A stretch of 64,000 nucleotides of DNA. Source: Balanoglossus misakiensis. Lineage: Eukaryota; Animalia; Hemichordata. The DNA is taken from assembly GCA_040954595.2 (NCBI GenBank), contig CM082576.2, positions 5,058,760-5,122,759 of the forward strand, read 5' to 3'. How positions within the stretch are numbered: the stretch's first letter is position 1; each line of letters opens with the position of its first letter. Of the stretch, positions 63,584-64,000 are shown in pieces. The translations under genes were made by a program, and so were the position numbers. The notes under the pieces were generated by a model. That model was not told where the DNA came from, did not search any database, and saw only the letters and a program-made list of their open reading frames with translations.

Positions 63584-64000
63584 AAGTCCTGTCTGCCTGC
63601 TAGGCTCTTTAATTAAGGGTATACCCAAGGATTCAAATTGCTGTGCAACGGTTGCTAAGGGTAATTTTCATGAACTTGAAAAGACGTATGTTTTTCGCAC
63701 CATTGGCCAGTCACATTGCCAGCGATAGCAACCAACACATGCTTTGAATTCTTCAGTATTGCCTTAAGGGGTCCAAAGGCTGCCATATTTTCATAGGTAT
63801 AGTGGTCAACACCTATGATTGTTTATTGGTGGGTTAGGGCACGGTTACTAGAAAAGAGTGGTTAGGGTGACAGATAAAGAAACAGATATCATGGAAAAAA
63901 GTGAAGCAGAGATCTGTAAGTTAAATATGTATGTAACTGAAGCCAGACTGGACGTCACCAAAAAGGTTGAGGTGGCCATTTTGGGTGAACAAAATGGATG

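Noticed and set aside
1-64000. CRISPR arrays, operons, rRNA or autonomous transposons
   Set aside because: This is spliced eukaryotic DNA. No regularly spaced repeats, rRNA motifs or transposase/RT ORFs were seen.

Overview
This is AT-rich, intron-containing animal (invertebrate) genomic DNA. The presence of a two-DBD nuclear receptor suggests a lophotrochozoan such as a mollusc, but that is inference. I reconstructed six spliced protein-coding genes by hand from GT-AG junctions and reading phase: (1) the 3' part of a Jagged/Serrate Notch ligand (+, 664-12017; 5' end outside the window); (2) a complete nuclear receptor with two tandem DNA-binding domains (2DBD-NR; -, 20677-15962, ~889 aa, P-boxes CEACKK and CEGCKG); (3) FEZ/UNC-76 (+, 22562-45477, with a 17.8-kb first intron); (4) a small TEX49/SPMIP11-like gene (-, 53464-50662); (5) kanadaptin/SLC4A1AP (+, 54797-59991); (6) an F-box/LRR gene (+, 61248-63583). 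The 2DBD-NR locus is the most interesting part. Its duplicated two-exon DBD module could be spliced in frame into single-DBD or hybrid-P-box forms. Two identically spaced triple AGGTCA-type elements sit in its own promoter, and a chain of overlapping uORFs precedes its start codon. The Jagged gene carries a perfect DR5 element and a 3' region with miR-8/200, miR-2 (K-box), miR-1 and miR-34 seed matches. No CRISPR array, rRNA or convincing tRNA was seen. All calls are by eye; no database search was run.
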